51,967 nt of DNA. Source: a virus (taxonomy: Duplodnaviria; Heunggongvirae; Uroviricota; Caudoviricetes). Position numbers and translations under genes: made by a program. Location: the IMG/VR virus record IMGVR_UViG_3300028999_000002; one strand, written 5' to 3'. Position 1 is the stretch's first letter. Each line of letters opens with the position of its first letter. The notes beneath the pieces were generated by a model that saw only the letters and a list, made by a program, of their open reading frames with translations, was not told the DNA's origin and did not search any database. Positions 50,489 through 51,967 of the stretch are shown here, in pieces.

Positions 50489-50698
50489 GCGTTTAAGTTT
50501 CTCAATCCCACATTAATTATCTCATCACACATGTAACAGGCCAAACAGACTGCTCTGAGCGACGAACCGTTGTTGACCAGTAACGCCATAGAGTATATTC
50601 AGTAAGTGTTCCAATGTATATAAGAAATGCGCTGTGTATATTTTTAATTCAAAATAGTTTGAAGCACAATCATGAAACAGATTCTTATGAATACAAAA

Positions 50699-51814
50699 TT
50701 AAATTAAATCAAATAGCCCATGTTCATCTATAGCCTTTGAACTAATTAAGTTCGCGGCTTCTATGTCATTGTCACTTGCCTCAGAAATAAGGAAAAATGA
50801 ATCAACATGATTTTGCAAAATAATTTCCTTATACTTCTTGAGCCATTGTAATTTACCTGTAGTGAACAATACTTTACGCGGTAGCAAAATACGGCTAAAA
50901 ACTGATGGAAGATACTCACTTCTATTAAATGGAATAAAAGGGTCGCCTAAAGAAAGAATAGTTAGACGATTAAATTCACCGTGCGAATTCAATTTTTCAG
51001 CTGATTTGGCTATACCACTTGGTAAAAAAACACCTGTCTTGATACCGTTGCGTAAAGCAACAACAGCCATCATTTTATCAAAGGCAGTACCTCCAAATAA
51101 TAAGGAATATCCTTTTTTAACAGAAAGATCAATAGTATCAAGAACAACTTGTTTTTCTATATCACTTGGTGACGTGCTCGAAATTATCGAAAGATCAAAA
51201 TCAGTAAATAACTGCCCAGTATAATAAAGATTTTTGCCGGTGAAAGTTGACAACTTTAAAGGAAACATTTTATCATCATGCTTAATTTCAGATACATTAA
51301 GATCTGTTAAGGATGGATAGTTAAAGTTTGGTGAGGCTTTTCCGTGTTTATTATTTTTTGATGCCTGCGGACTAAAAACTAGAATTTCATTTTTATTATT
51401 ACACAGGTAATCCTGTATCATTTTTTTTACAATATCCCAATCAAGACCACCGTGACCACAACCTAAAGCTGGCAGGGTGATTGTTTTTCCATGTTTATTA
51501 TCCAAATATTTCGAGAGCCAATGCAGTCCTTTTTCGATATATTCGTACTTAGACTTATTTCTCCAATGATCCTTGGTGGGAAAGTTTATGATTTCTATTT
51601 CCTTACCATACGTATCATTACCTTTCCAAACAGCTGGTCTTCCTGGAGATATTTCTCCTTTTTTACACAGCAATACGTATTCATTATACATTTCAGGAAA
51701 CTTATTCTTAAAAGCAAAAGCAACCCCTGCCCCCATTACACCAACACAATTAACTGTATTAATTCTAATGTCAGCAGCATAATCGAAAAAATCACCATCA
51801 ACATATCTAATCAT
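50699..51814 (-). CDS. two-domain protein: N-terminal TARG1/DarG-type macro domain fused to a C-terminal DprA/SLOG-like Rossmann domain
   Basis: Start at ATG 51814 with a perfect AAGGAGG SD 5 nt upstream; macro motifs (…VNCVGVMGAGVAFAFKNKF… and …LPALGCGHGGLDWDIV…); C-terminal …LLFGGTAFDKMMAVVALRNGIKTGVFLPSGI… resembles the DprA core; AT-rich. Confidence 0.65.
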   Translation of the reverse strand: MIRYVDGDFFDYAADIRINTVNCVGVMGAGVAFAFKNKFPEMYNEYVLLCKKGEISPGRPAVWKGNDTYGKEIEIINFPTKDHWRNKSKYEYIEKGLHWLSKYLDNKHGKTITLPALGCGHGGLDWDIVKKMIQDYLCNNKNEILVFSPQASKNNKHGKASPNFNYPSLTDLNVSEIKHDDKMFPLKLSTFTGKNLYYTGQLFTDFDLSIISSTSPSDIEKQVVLDTIDLSVKKGYSLLFGGTAFDKMMAVVALRNGIKTGVFLPSGIAKSAEKLNSHGEFNRLTILSLGDPFIPFNRSEYLPSVFSRILLPRKVLFTTGKLQWLKKYKEIILQNHVDSFFLISEASDNDIEAANLISSKAIDEHGLFDLI

Positions 51815-51967
51815 AAAACCTCCTTTGGTCAGAGTATACATCCTTATTTCTGGCTCTTCAATTCTATTGTCAAAAACTTTTACAAAGTCTGCATCAGTAA
51901 AACTGATGGCGCATTTTAAAATTAAAATCAATATGTCCATATCAAACGTTATATTTGTTATTTTTTG

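Noticed and set aside
50489-50698. tRNA gene expected next to the prophage integrase (and next to the satellite integrase at 29414-29608)
   Set aside because: No cloverleaf-compatible sequence or GTTCGAATCC-like T-loop seen in either region; the satellite target is clearly the portal gene, and the prophage attachment site remains unidentified.

Overview
This window is almost entirely a lambda-like (lambdoid) prophage of an enterobacterial host, running from about 0.8 kb to 50.5 kb. All calls rest on reading the supplied six-frame translations against remembered lambda protein sequences; no database search was run, and manually counted non-coding coordinates are +/-2 bp. The prophage carries a lambda-order late region on the minus strand (side tail fiber, J, I, K, L, M, H, G/T, V, U, Z, FII, FI, E, D, C/Nu3, portal B, W, terminase A, Nu1, cos), then bor, lysis genes (Rz/Rz1, R, holin), Q, a nin-like region (HNH/DUF968, KilA-N, RusA, Dam methylase), an O-like replication initiator with internal iterons, cro, cI, and a rightward arm ending in xis and int. 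The main finding is that portal gene B is split in two by a roughly 10.9 kb integrated element (18723-29608) flanked by a 13-bp imperfect direct repeat. That element looks like a phage satellite: P4-type integrase, AlpA, Bro-N protein, primase/helicase with downstream iterons, SSB-like protein, plus its own lambda-like major capsid (E-like) and decoration (D-like) homologs, a Nu1-like small terminase and its own cos site, but no large terminase, portal or protease. The prophage's own Nu1 is frameshifted in this sequence. Two AT-rich cargo loci are candidate defence/accessory systems: a two-gene cassette between Q and the lysis genes (zinc-ribbon + YejK/NdpA-like protein, then a membrane protein), and a macro-domain/DprA-like fusion gene just outside the int end. 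Two N10 assembly gaps (16876-16885 in C/Nu3, 39365-39374 in Q) limit interpretation there. No tRNA, rRNA or CRISPR array was found.
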